Made by a program: the position numbers and the translations under genes. Shown in pieces: positions 1 to 9,879 of a stretch of DNA of 64,000 nucleotides. The stretch is from positions 186,001-250,000 of the IMG/VR virus record IMGVR_UViG_3300023184_000024. One strand, 5' to 3'. The notes under the pieces were generated by a model. The model did no database searches and was not told where the DNA came from. It worked only from the letters and a program-made list of their open reading frames with translations. The first letter of the stretch is position 1. Every line of letters begins with the position of its first letter.

Positions 1-3000
1 TCGCCTTTGCTGGCCAAGTTTAGTAATCGATTTTTAAACTTGGTATACTCTTGACTGTTAAACTGTATAGAATTAAACAATTCGTACTGCTGTCGACGTA
101 AAAACGTACCAGTCAATGCCAATGGTGCAGAATGTTGTACAATATTATCACCGTAAGGAATAATATTGCCCAGATCTCGAGTATTATTGGCACCATTGAT
201 TGGACCGACTATGCTTTTTAAATTTTGTACCATGCTTTCGTAATGTGTACGAATGGTACCAAGTGTGTAGTTTGAACTATTTTCGTTTAACGGATTATTT
301 TCTAAGTTTAACGGAACCTGGTAGTAACCAATATTGCTGGCCACTGCACTGAGTGCCTGCACTTCAACGACTGTGCCAACAGGCACAGTTGATGTAAAAG
401 TAATCTTAGTTCCAGTATTGCTGATTTCAGTTGTGTAATTTTTTGGGTCAATGAAAACTGACTCAACAAAAATCTGCAACGATGGATACACAGTGTTGGT
501 ATTCACTGGTACATCCAATACCAATGGCTCTCCGTTGTATGTAAATCTAAAAATTTGTCTGCTTTGATTTGGTGCGGCAGCTGTTTGCCATCCTATTAAA
601 TCAGAAAATTCAATCCTGTTTTCGTACTGTCTTGCAAACCCAGTGCTGACATATTGTTCAGTGCTGACATTGTCGCGAACAAAAATAAATTTATCAGTAT
701 AGAGATAGTTTTCAAATACAATATCTCCTACATTATTAAGATTTGCATATTTTAATGCAAATCCTAGTATTTCATCAACAGTCTGTGTCCCGCCGAATGC
801 ATATCCAAATAACTTAGATCCAGTGAATGTACTACTTGGGTACACAGCACGATTGCTAAAACTTACACCATTGTTATCATATATTTCAAACAAAGGTGGC
901 TGATTAACGTCAATTTTAGCTTGCGCCTCTAACCAATCTACTCCATCAAACCAGAAACTTTTACCCTGTTGTTTAACTCCGCTTAATGCCACCACTGCCT
1001 GATTGATTTGTATTTCGCCAGCCGAGTCTGGGATTAAATCTATTATCTCTGTGCCAGACAATGTGGGATCAATGAATCGAACTTCATAGACTCGATTTCT
1101 GACCTGGGGGTCTTTGTCTGATGCAAATATAACGCGGCTACCGTCGATAAAATTATAGCCATCGGTGCTAAAACCCAATTGCCCATTGATGTTTGACAAT
1201 GCATCTGTTGTTGTATAATCAATGATGTCTACCGGGCTTATGCCCTGGGTGCCGTAATTAAACAATTTGACGTTTGCTCTAAATTCAACAATTGGTCGTT
1301 TTGCTCTAAATTCATTGTTAAGCAACGGTGTTTGATTGTTGTAAGTTGCGGCAGCACGTATTACATCAATGTGGAACCATCGATTACTACGGCTCCATGC
1401 ATTTCGATCCTGTGCAGATCTGTTGATTGTAATATAATCAGGCACTAGAGGTGCATCAAGTGCAGTATCGTAAGCGCCATCGTCGAACCCTGTACTATCA
1501 TATGGCAAGGTCAGATTTTTTGTGTATGTTTCAGGAGTAACCAACGATTGTGTTGGTATTAATACAATTCCGTTTCCTATTGATGTGTTAACCGTGGGTT
1601 CTGTAGAAAGCGGTGCTCCTAGTGGAGTCCCAAAGCCATAGAACTCTAAGCTTTCTTCAACTGTTTCGTAGATATACTGCTGGAAATAACCTGTTGCTGT
1701 TGCGCCGGTAATTTTTCTCCCATTCATAATATGGAATGGACCAAAGTATGCGCGGCCGTCGATGAAACCAACACGCTTGTTAATACCAAGTCCCGTGCCC
1801 ACTCCCTCAACATAGAATGTTAAATTTTGGTATGTTGACGGTTCAGTTGTGCCACGAAACACCACTTTTAAACCGTTGGTAAATTCTACGCCATTTGGGC
1901 TTGTATATGTTTTTGCCCCGATGATGTCATTGATGTCAACTGGCTCGGCAATTTCAGAGTCAATTAATTTAATAACACCAAACAGTTCTGGGTTGGTACT
2001 ATCCTGATAATACAGCACATCTTGCACTGCTGTCAGCAACGGTGCTTGTTCTAGGAATCCTGACGCATTTTTATACCAAAGAGTGTTGCTATACGTGGCG
2101 CCATAGGAAATTCGAAATTTATTCAAAGAAGGAATTTCTGCTATGTTGTTTAAAACCATGTAGGGTCTATTATCATAGTCATAGACATAACGAATTTGCC
2201 ATATGCTGTATCGTTGGCCGGCAGTGCTAATGTTTGTTGTTTGATCAAACAGCAGTGTGTCAAAACTTCCATTTAATCCAGTGTTTTCAGACAAGTCTTT
2301 CAAGGGATCAAACGGCGTTGTCACTTGCCAGCCGCCTTGTTCTGAGTCTTGTACAGTGTTGGCAAATACTATTGTGCGACCATTGAGTGCTGTTAGCCCA
2401 TCAATCCCGTTGGGGTATTCCGTAAGAAAAGAATCAACATAAACGTTATTAATTTGATTAAATTGCAAATATGTTAAAAGATCCACTGGTTGTAGATCCG
2501 GCATACTATAGTAAAAGTTTTGTGCAGTTTTTAACGGAACATACAACTCTACCTGGCCCGTTTCTTGACCATTGTTGATCGCTCCTAGCACATCTCGGCT
2601 GCTGATATTTGGAGACGCCGGCATTCTTCCTTCAACTCCGGGCGCTGCCTGTATCCAGAATTTATGCCCAGGTTGATCTAATGTAAATGTGTAATTTCCG
2701 CCACGTACCAATGTAATAATTGGGTTTGTGCCAGCGTTGCCTGATAGTGTGTATCCTGTGATACTACGTGTAACTGTAAAATCGTTGGTTGTTGGAATAT
2801 CAACAGTTGCTACGTTTACAGGTTCAGGGCCGCCCGGAAGCCAATAATATTGACTGTAGTTACTAAATTTATCAAAGTCGCAGAACGGATCCCATGTGTA
2901 GTACTGACTTTCAAATAACCGATCTTGTTTAACTGTTTCGCTGCCATGCACGTTGAGTGCATCGATAATGCCTGGATAAGTTATTGCATCATAGGATTTG

Positions 3001-3245
3001 TCTGAATCGGGTTTCTGAAAAACAATGCCTGGTTCAAGTTGATAATCTGCTCTTGTTGCTGTTTGCTCAGTTACATAATAGTCAGCAGGGTTTACACCCG
3101 GGCCAACTCGTCGGCCAACAAATCCCTGTGTGCGTTTAACACTGGGTTCTTGTGTGAGCTGATCTAAAGTGGCTGCTAAAAATTTTCTGTTCGTGTCAGT
3201 TCGAAAAATTTCTGGTAGTAAGTCTAAGGTACGACGTGTTGCCAT
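1..3245 (-). CDS. Large baseplate/structural protein, runs off the left edge (C-terminus missing)
   Basis: Not in the ORF track. ATG at 3245 reads MATRRTLDLLPEIFRTDTNRKFLAATLDQLTQEP... and starts 2 nt after the gp6-like stop. Function inferred from position in the baseplate module. Confidence 0.7.
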   Translation of the reverse strand, partial: MATRRTLDLLPEIFRTDTNRKFLAATLDQLTQEPSVKRTQGFVGRRVGPGVNPADYYVTEQTATRADYQLEPGIVFQKPDSDKSYDAITYPGIIDALNVHGSETVKQDRLFESQYYTWDPFCDFDKFSNYSQYYWLPGGPEPVNVATVDIPTTNDFTVTRSITGYTLSGNAGTNPIITLVRGGNYTFTLDQPGHKFWIQAAPGVEGRMPASPNISSRDVLGAINNGQETGQVELYVPLKTAQNFYYSMPDLQPVDLLTYLQFNQINNVYVDSFLTEYPNGIDGLTALNGRTIVFANTVQDSEQGGWQVTTPFDPLKDLSENTGLNGSFDTLLFDQTTNISTAGQRYSIWQIRYVYDYDNRPYMVLNNIAEIPSLNKFRISYGATYSNTLWYKNASGFLEQAPLLTAVQDVLYYQDSTNPELFGVIKLIDSEIAEPVDINDIIGAKTYTSPNGVEFTNGLKVVFRGTTEPSTYQNLTFYVEGVGTGLGINKRVGFIDGRAYFGPFHIMNGRKITGATATGYFQQYIYETVEESLEFYGFGTPLGAPLSTEPTVNTSIGNGIVLIPTQSLVTPETYTKNLTLPYDSTGFDDGAYDTALDAPLVPDYITINRSAQDRNAWSRSNRWFHIDVIRAAATYNNQTPLLNNEFRAKRPIVEFRANVKLFNYGTQGISPVDIIDYTTTDALSNINGQLGFSTDGYNFIDGSRVIFASDKDPQVRNRVYEVRFIDPTLSGTEIIDLIPDSAGEIQINQAVVALSGVKQQGKSFWFDGVDWLEAQAKIDVNQPPLFEIYDNNGVSFSNRAVYPSSTFTGSKLFGYAFGGTQTVDEILGFALKYANLNNVGDIVFENYLYTDKFIFVRDNVSTEQYVSTGFARQYENRIEFSDLIGWQTAAAPNQSRQIFRFTYNGEPLVLDVPVNTNTVYPSLQIFVESVFIDPKNYTTEISNTGTKITFTSTVPVGTVVEVQALSAVASNIGYYQVPLNLENNPLNENSSNYTLGTIRTHYESMVQNLKSIVGPINGANNTRDLGNIIPYGDNIVQHSAPLALTGTFLRRQQYELFNSIQFNSQEYTKFKNRLLNLASKG

Positions 3246-3247
3246 TG

Positions 3248-6200
3248 TTAAATGCTCCCCGTTGGGTCGGATGATATGTCGTTGGTCCCTGATTGGCTTA
3301 CCGTGGTTCCTAGTCTTCCCACAGATGTTGTTGGATACAATCCAGCCACTGAAGTTTGACTACGTATATTACTTTGAGTTAGTGCGTCAATGACCACAAC
3401 ATCACTGACAGTGGCAGCACTTACAAAAATTTGATTAGGCGCTGATCGTACTTCATACAAATCACCAAATGATTTTAATGGATTCAGTGGTACCAATACA
3501 ACACTGCTGACGATTGACCCCATGCGTTCGTGTATATAAGCGGCCAACTCTGAAAAATAGAAACTGTCGCCAAAGTCCCATTTATCAATGGTAAAATAAT
3601 TATTAATGTTTGCAATCACTTGACTACGTATCTCACTGTTACTTGCCACAGTATTTAATGCCTTGACCACTTTGATGGTTGCACGTAATTGTGTCGGAGC
3701 CTTGGCACCAAACAATGGCTGAAAGCTCACTGGGTTTAGTACAATATTGTCGCTGATCATTTTATAATCATTGAGTTTAGAATACGCCGCTGTTAATTGT
3801 TGTATAGTAGGCGTCTGAGGTTCAGGCACAGTGCCGGTGGTATCTTTGATATAATTTTGATAAGAATTATAGTAATCTTCTGTGACCACATACAAATCAA
3901 TAATGTTTGTTGCACCCGGATCAATGACATTGGTCAGTGCACTGTTGTGTCTGTATTGGAAGTACAAATCTTGTCTACCAGTTCTGGCAATAAACGTACT
4001 GATGGGCACCAAGGTTCGTACAATTATACCATTGGTAATTTCAACTAACAGTTGATAGAATAATTGGCTGGTATATGCGTAGAATACTTGTCCGTCAACA
4101 AATTCGCTTTTGACTAGTTGAATTGCATCTAGTGTTGGAAACGAGCTGTTTACAACTCCTTTTTCAACTGGCAAATATCTTTCAAGGTTGTCAAAGTCAA
4201 CGGTTTGTTGTAAAAATACTAATTTAGTACTGGGGTTCACATTTGGTGCCACAATTTCATTGAAGAAATCTGGGTTGTCGGCCACACCATCGGCATCCGA
4301 GTCTGCATAACTAACAACAACTTCATAATCGTTGACAAAGCCGTCGCTTTGAATTGGTTGCCCAATGATATCCAATGTTAAATCTGCATACAATGGTTGA
4401 TTTGAATCTGGCTTTGAGTTGGTTTTTAAAACTTTTACAAAATCGTTGATTACCAATCCTGTTTTACTGTCATACACTTCTTCGCTACCATCAAAATAAA
4501 ATCTTGTTTGTAACACACTGGCAAACACGTAGTCAAGTGCCCGTGATGATACTGTGTATTTTTCACCATCGGTAATAAATTGTATCAGCCAAGATGCATC
4601 AAGGTTAAGCCCTTGTTGATTTTGTGCATTTGCTAGACTAAACGTTGTGCCTTGAGCTAAGTTAGTGCTGGTAATCAAGTACCAAGTGGCAGTAACATAA
4701 TCATATCCGATGCCAAAATTTCGATATAGCTCAATTTGCTGTATCATTTCTTGTTGCAATGTCACTGACAAGTCATTGACAAACTTTGGAATAACTTGTG
4801 TGGCCAATGCGCCAGACGGTACAAAATTATTAACGCTAACTGGGCCAACCCCGTTGTTAAAATTACCCAGTCCTTGGTTAGTCCCATCAACTACTACCGC
4901 AGTGACCGTGGCCCATATAAGTAATTTCTCATCGGCTCGGACTGGTAGGCCTTCTTGTAATCTATTATTTGCATCAAAGAAATATCCAGCAGGTGGCTCA
5001 AATTTAACTAAACTGCCTCTGGTAACATACTTGGTATTGTTGCTACTGTATGTTCCAATTGATTTTGGATTGCTTGTACTGCCTGAATAAAAATATCCAG
5101 TGGTTTCGTTGACTTGTGTAGTGCTTTGATTCCATGCAAGACTTAAGACAGCCAAGTTTGGCCTAGGGAAGTTTGCATAATAAAACTGTAGCATGCCTCT
5201 GGTTGTCAACAATGGTTCCGCTGAATTTGTTAGCACGTCAGCAATGTCATTGCGATTTAACCAAGTAAAATCAAATGTCGGCAATGCATCTTCCTTGAAG
5301 AGCACTCCGTCTGAAGAAAAAATATTAGTACTTGAATATTTTCCAGTAATGTCAGTTAGGTCAATGTATCGACTTGTGCCGGTACTGGATCTTGCAATTG
5401 CTTTACTTTTTAAAATACTGTTATACTGGGTAAACGGAAAGTTATTATAATCTTCGCCGTTGACCATACGATTTTGAGTATAGTAACGTGCTGGAGCACG
5501 TTGTTTAATTTCTTGTATGCTTTCTCTACTTTGTGCATTGCTGACTGGTGTTGTAATGCCACAAGTAAATGTCATTGTTTCAAGTCTGCCTACTCGGCTT
5601 ACATAACTGATTGGAATTGCAACTGACTGCATTTCTTCGGGATTAATAATATATTTTAATCCATTGCTGGCTCTGACGTATGAACGGAATAACCCTACTG
5701 GTACTTCGGCAAATACCCCATCAGCAAATGTTAATGTAATTTGGTCATTGGCTCGGCTGGTAATAGAATATAATTTTCTCTTGTCAGGTGCAAGTTGTTC
5801 TACTGCTCCAGCAAAAATATTTTCTGAGTATGCCCACTCACTGGCAATGCTGCCAAGGTCATCTAGCTTGTATAACCAATGGTCCTGATTGTTACAACCT
5901 TCAATGTTGATGTTAACTGTGCGATTGGGCAGTGCTTCGGCCAAGTTAAAATCTTGATTCTGTAATACACCTTGTTTGAACAAAAAGAAAAAGCCTGTGC
6001 TATCGCTGGCAAAGCCAAGTTGATCGTTTCTGTACAGAATATTAAATGCGCCACTGGGTTTAGGTGGCGGCTCATACACATATTCTCGTCCTTGAGTAGT
6101 TCCACTAACTGCTTCAAACGGCATGTTAATTCCGTCAACTGTGGCGTTATAAGGAATAACTGGTAAAAATCCCGGAATTAAGTTTACAGTGTACTCTTCG

Positions 6201-6751
6201 GTTCGAACCCCTAAAATGTTGGCAGTGTTACCTGGGCGCCCAAATTTCTGGCTGTCTACCAATGCTGAATTAGTAATTGTGACAAATTGCTCTAGCCAAT
6301 CGGGATTGGTGGGGTCGTTCCAGTTGACCGTGATGTTTGATAAGTTGGTTCCGTTGAAATCTGATAAATTTTCTGTGGTGCTGACAGAAAAAACTTTTAA
6401 AAATCCCTGGGCCGATGTATTGCGTTTTGGTGTATAACTAACCAGGTTTGCTAGTCGAACAACACTGTCCCGTCGCTCAGCAGTGTCAAGAAAATTTTCA
6501 CGGGCATTTAAGTCATTGCGGAATGCCAATGCTTGTCCCATAAAGGCCATAACATCCAATAGTGCAATAAATTCACTGGATTCGATATAGTCGTTGAATG
6601 TTTCTGGATAGTACAGGCGAAGATAGTCAACAAAACTCTTGCGTAGAGTTTCAAAATCGTAGCTTTGAAAGTCTGCTTCCCTATACGTTTGGTATAGGCG
6701 CTTCCAATCTTCTACCCCAAAAATTGCTGTCTGTCTTGATGTTTTAGCCAT
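3248..6751 (-). CDS. gp6: Baseplate wedge subunit, T4 gp6-like
   Basis: 1167 aa; N-terminal DFETLRKSFVDYL...DLNARENFLDTAERRDSVVRLA and later RAPARYYTQNRMVNGEDY motifs typical of gp6/baseplate-J proteins; follows a gp25-like gene. Confidence 0.8.
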   Translation of the reverse strand: MAKTSRQTAIFGVEDWKRLYQTYREADFQSYDFETLRKSFVDYLRLYYPETFNDYIESSEFIALLDVMAFMGQALAFRNDLNARENFLDTAERRDSVVRLANLVSYTPKRNTSAQGFLKVFSVSTTENLSDFNGTNLSNITVNWNDPTNPDWLEQFVTITNSALVDSQKFGRPGNTANILGVRTEEYTVNLIPGFLPVIPYNATVDGINMPFEAVSGTTQGREYVYEPPPKPSGAFNILYRNDQLGFASDSTGFFFLFKQGVLQNQDFNLAEALPNRTVNINIEGCNNQDHWLYKLDDLGSIASEWAYSENIFAGAVEQLAPDKRKLYSITSRANDQITLTFADGVFAEVPVGLFRSYVRASNGLKYIINPEEMQSVAIPISYVSRVGRLETMTFTCGITTPVSNAQSRESIQEIKQRAPARYYTQNRMVNGEDYNNFPFTQYNSILKSKAIARSSTGTSRYIDLTDITGKYSSTNIFSSDGVLFKEDALPTFDFTWLNRNDIADVLTNSAEPLLTTRGMLQFYYANFPRPNLAVLSLAWNQSTTQVNETTGYFYSGSTSNPKSIGTYSSNNTKYVTRGSLVKFEPPAGYFFDANNRLQEGLPVRADEKLLIWATVTAVVVDGTNQGLGNFNNGVGPVSVNNFVPSGALATQVIPKFVNDLSVTLQQEMIQQIELYRNFGIGYDYVTATWYLITSTNLAQGTTFSLANAQNQQGLNLDASWLIQFITDGEKYTVSSRALDYVFASVLQTRFYFDGSEEVYDSKTGLVINDFVKVLKTNSKPDSNQPLYADLTLDIIGQPIQSDGFVNDYEVVVSYADSDADGVADNPDFFNEIVAPNVNPSTKLVFLQQTVDFDNLERYLPVEKGVVNSSFPTLDAIQLVKSEFVDGQVFYAYTSQLFYQLLVEITNGIIVRTLVPISTFIARTGRQDLYFQYRHNSALTNVIDPGATNIIDLYVVTEDYYNSYQNYIKDTTGTVPEPQTPTIQQLTAAYSKLNDYKMISDNIVLNPVSFQPLFGAKAPTQLRATIKVVKALNTVASNSEIRSQVIANINNYFTIDKWDFGDSFYFSELAAYIHERMGSIVSSVVLVPLNPLKSFGDLYEVRSAPNQIFVSAATVSDVVVIDALTQSNIRSQTSVAGLYPTTSVGRLGTTVSQSGTNDISSDPTGSI

Positions 6752-6769
6752 AATATCTCGTCTTTGGAA

Positions 6770-6775
6770 TATTTA
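6770..6775 (-). promoter_or_regulatory. Late promoter motif TAAATA
   Basis: TAAATA 18 nt upstream of the gp6-like ATG; motif recurs before most structural genes; gp55 is encoded in this window. Confidence 0.6.
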
Positions 6776-6798
6776 TGGATCAAATAAAGTAGGCATAT

Positions 6799-7173
6799 TT
6801 AGATAAAACTTGCCCTGCGACTTTCTTGATCAAAAAATATAGCCAGTCTTTCAGAGGTCTGACTAGGCACTACTTGTACATGAACCTCAAGTAGCATACC
6901 ATTATCTTGCGGATAAACATTTGCACCGGAAATGTAAATTCGTGGGTCGCCGCCGGCAACCCTTTGCAATTCTGCTAAAATATTCCGTTGTGTTTCTGGT
7001 GTCTGACTTTCAAATATAAAACTCCAGATAATAGTTCCGTAACCAGGGCGTCCAGGAATTTCTCCTTGTTGTATATTGAGTGCGTTTGCTAGATCGCGCT
7101 TAATCAACTCAAAATCTACTAGAGTAAATTTTTTATACTGATTGATAGTATTAAAACCAATAAATGTGGGCAT
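6799..7173 (-). CDS. gp25: Baseplate wedge subunit, gp25-like
   Basis: 124 aa; IKRDLANALNIQQGEIPGRPGYG...DPRI matches the GPW/gp25 pattern. Confidence 0.8.
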   Translation of the reverse strand: MPTFIGFNTINQYKKFTLVDFELIKRDLANALNIQQGEIPGRPGYGTIIWSFIFESQTPETQRNILAELQRVAGGDPRIYISGANVYPQDNGMLLEVHVQVVPSQTSERLAIFFDQESRRASFI

Positions 7174-7178
7174 GCCAT

Positions 7179-7184
7179 TATTTA
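7179..7184 (-). promoter_or_regulatory. Late promoter motif TAAATA (probably leaderless transcript)
   Basis: TAAATA lies 5 nt before the ATG; no Shine-Dalgarno (SD). Confidence 0.6.
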
Positions 7185-7197
7185 CCGAGATTTAATC

Positions 7198-9879
7198 TCA
7201 GGTTTTTCCCAAGGCAGTTATTCTTGTTATCAAAGAATTAATATACATTTCGACCAATGCATTTAACTCAAGTATGGTGTTGTAAGTTTCTATAAACGAG
7301 GCTATCAGGTTTGTTGGGCCTGCATTGGCATTTGTTAGAACAATAGATCTCAGCGCACTGTTTTTAGTGTTGTACTCTAACCTAATTAACTGGGCTTCTT
7401 TTCTAACTAAATCAAGTTGTGTGTTGTTGACTGAACTTTGCAATTCTAGTAGATTAACTACTTTTTCTGCTTGGTCTAATCTTTGTTTTATTGTAATCAA
7501 AAAAGTTTTCCAGTTATTAGCCAACCCATTAAAGTTTGTATTAATTGTCACTGAGGTTGCTGTTATTGTTTCATCAACTCGCTCTTCTTGCCCGTATGTT
7601 ATTGTTGGTACTTTGGGGTCGTCGATAATAGAATTTGCCGCTGTGTCTACTAGAGTTCTATCAACTGTGTTTGACACTCCAGTTACCGGGCCGCCCAATG
7701 ACACAAAAGTAGGAAGTTTTTGATCTACTACATTCACAGCATATTGAGCGTTCTTGGCCAATGAATTTAAGTCTGCAATTTCATTAGATGGTGCTTTGCC
7801 CACCAGCCATTCTGCCGTGGAGTCTGTTCCGTATTTGCTGGCATTTTGAACCACTGTGGCCAATTGTGTTGGAGTTTCTGTTCCGGTGACCAATCCTGTT
7901 TCCTGCAAAGACTGTAGACTGTCATTCATTATTTTTTGTTGGACAACACTTTGTAACTTTTCATTGTTTAAAAAAGAGTCTAGGTCAACAACATTGTATT
8001 TTCCAGTCCAAACAGTTGGACTTGACAGAATTGTGTAAATGCTACTCGGGTCTGACAGATAACTCTGTACTGTGCCCGGTTTTAGCAAGCCTTGTTGTTC
8101 AAGTTGATCAGGAGTTATTCCAAATTTTCCCACACCGTTGGCAATACTAAGTTCAGTGCTGGACTGATTTGTAATTGCGGCCTTTGAACTCAGTAGACCA
8201 GTTACTTGTTTAATATCTAGTGTGCCAACAGAAACTTTTGCTGTTGTCTCTATTAAAACATCTGCGGCTGTAATTGGACTGGTCACCGGTTGTTTAATCA
8301 AAGTGACCAGAGTCTTGTTCAACTCAGAATTTGATTCGCTGACACTGCCGCCACCACCGCCAATCACTGCACTTACCCCACCGCCGGCGGGCTCTTGGGC
8401 ATTTACTTGTTGTACAACTTCTGTTGTATTTTCTGTAATGCCGTCGAGGCTGTTTGCTGTAGACACCCCTTTGTTATGGTACGGGTATGGTTCATGTGTT
8501 GGTGCTCTGGAAACAATTGTAGTCAGTGCGCCTTCATCAACTTTCCACCCCGAGCCGCTTTCAAACACAGTATCTGGCAGTTCTCTGTCTGCTATTTCTT
8601 CAGGTTCGTCAACTCCATTTGCCGATGGACCGTTAAGGTCAATTGAGTTGGCATCAAACACCAACGAACTGCCACCGCCCCAACTACCACTAGTTGACTC
8701 TAGATTTAATTCCGAGTCGCTTAATATGCCAATTGTGCCATTGCTGAAAACTGTGAGCTGAGCACTTGACAATAATTCCAATGCACCCATGGCTTGTGCT
8801 TTGATATTGTTTCCTGATTTTATATTAATATTGTTGCCAGCATACATGTTGATATCTTTGTCAGCGTGTAAGTTTATTTCGCCCTTGGTTCTAATATTAA
8901 CAGAGTTGGTTGAGAACACGTCTACTGTTCCTTCAGATCCCAATTCAATCCAGGTCTGACCATTGGCATGTACTATGTAGAAACAGTCGCCCTCGTCACT
9001 CATTGTGATTTGATGGCCTTTGGAGGTGCGTATTCGAACTAGGTTATCCTGGCCGGTTAAATTACCGTCATCAAGAACAATGCTATGTCCTCCTCGTCGA
9101 GAAACTATTTTTACATCTTGAGGCTTTAACTGGCCTGAATCTAATTTAGACTTGATATCTTTGTCGGTTAATCCGCCTTGATAAATGGGTCGACCAGGTG
9201 TGCTAACGCCAAACACTGCCGACGGGCTTTCACGTTGGCTATTGCTGGTAATAGGTCCTCTGATTACATCTTTGATCAGACCTTGTTGTAACATCACTGC
9301 TGTTACCACAGAGTGTGTGGGTTTTTCTTGATCAAAAAATCTTGGGTTTTCTGAAATAGCAAGATTGTCCACGTTAATTTCAGTTACTGGCAACTGTGTT
9401 ACATCATTGAAGTAGCCACTTTCTTGTTGTTGTTTGCTTAAACTAAATTTTTTGCTGGCGCCAATTCCAGGTAACATGTGATTCACGCCCGGGTCAGGCA
9501 CACAGCCCATGTAATATCCTTGGTTTGGATCTCCTGCAACAAAAAAACATATGACGCTGACTCCAAGATCAGGTGGTGTGAACCACATTCCATAGCTTTG
9601 TTGATTGGCTATAAAAGAACCAGGGCCACTTTGTGCGCCCGGGGGTGGCGCAGTGGTTCCATAAAATGGCGGAATATAACTCACAGTTCTCCATAAACTT
9701 TTGTCTGCAGGGTTATCACCTCCAAACTGTTCAATGTAAACTTGTAAGCGACCGCTTCTTGTTGGGTCGATGTTATTTTTTACAACACCTATGTAAGGAC
9801 CAAATTCCGCAGGCGTGCCGCCGCGATCAAATTTATATCCTTGTCCGCGCCCTTTGGTTCTTAGTATATTTTCTGCCAT
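7198..9879 (-). CDS. Baseplate central spike, gp5/VgrG-like, with possible C-terminal muralytic domain
   Basis: N-terminal OB-fold pattern (GVVKNNIDPTRSGRLQV...WFTPPDLG), beta-helix repeats (INLHADKDINMYAGNNINIKSG), and a later GVGKFGITPDQL...WTGK segment. Confidence 0.7.
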   Translation of the reverse strand: MAENILRTKGRGQGYKFDRGGTPAEFGPYIGVVKNNIDPTRSGRLQVYIEQFGGDNPADKSLWRTVSYIPPFYGTTAPPPGAQSGPGSFIANQQSYGMWFTPPDLGVSVICFFVAGDPNQGYYMGCVPDPGVNHMLPGIGASKKFSLSKQQQESGYFNDVTQLPVTEINVDNLAISENPRFFDQEKPTHSVVTAVMLQQGLIKDVIRGPITSNSQRESPSAVFGVSTPGRPIYQGGLTDKDIKSKLDSGQLKPQDVKIVSRRGGHSIVLDDGNLTGQDNLVRIRTSKGHQITMSDEGDCFYIVHANGQTWIELGSEGTVDVFSTNSVNIRTKGEINLHADKDINMYAGNNINIKSGNNIKAQAMGALELLSSAQLTVFSNGTIGILSDSELNLESTSGSWGGGSSLVFDANSIDLNGPSANGVDEPEEIADRELPDTVFESGSGWKVDEGALTTIVSRAPTHEPYPYHNKGVSTANSLDGITENTTEVVQQVNAQEPAGGGVSAVIGGGGGSVSESNSELNKTLVTLIKQPVTSPITAADVLIETTAKVSVGTLDIKQVTGLLSSKAAITNQSSTELSIANGVGKFGITPDQLEQQGLLKPGTVQSYLSDPSSIYTILSSPTVWTGKYNVVDLDSFLNNEKLQSVVQQKIMNDSLQSLQETGLVTGTETPTQLATVVQNASKYGTDSTAEWLVGKAPSNEIADLNSLAKNAQYAVNVVDQKLPTFVSLGGPVTGVSNTVDRTLVDTAANSIIDDPKVPTITYGQEERVDETITATSVTINTNFNGLANNWKTFLITIKQRLDQAEKVVNLLELQSSVNNTQLDLVRKEAQLIRLEYNTKNSALRSIVLTNANAGPTNLIASFIETYNTILELNALVEMYINSLITRITALGKT

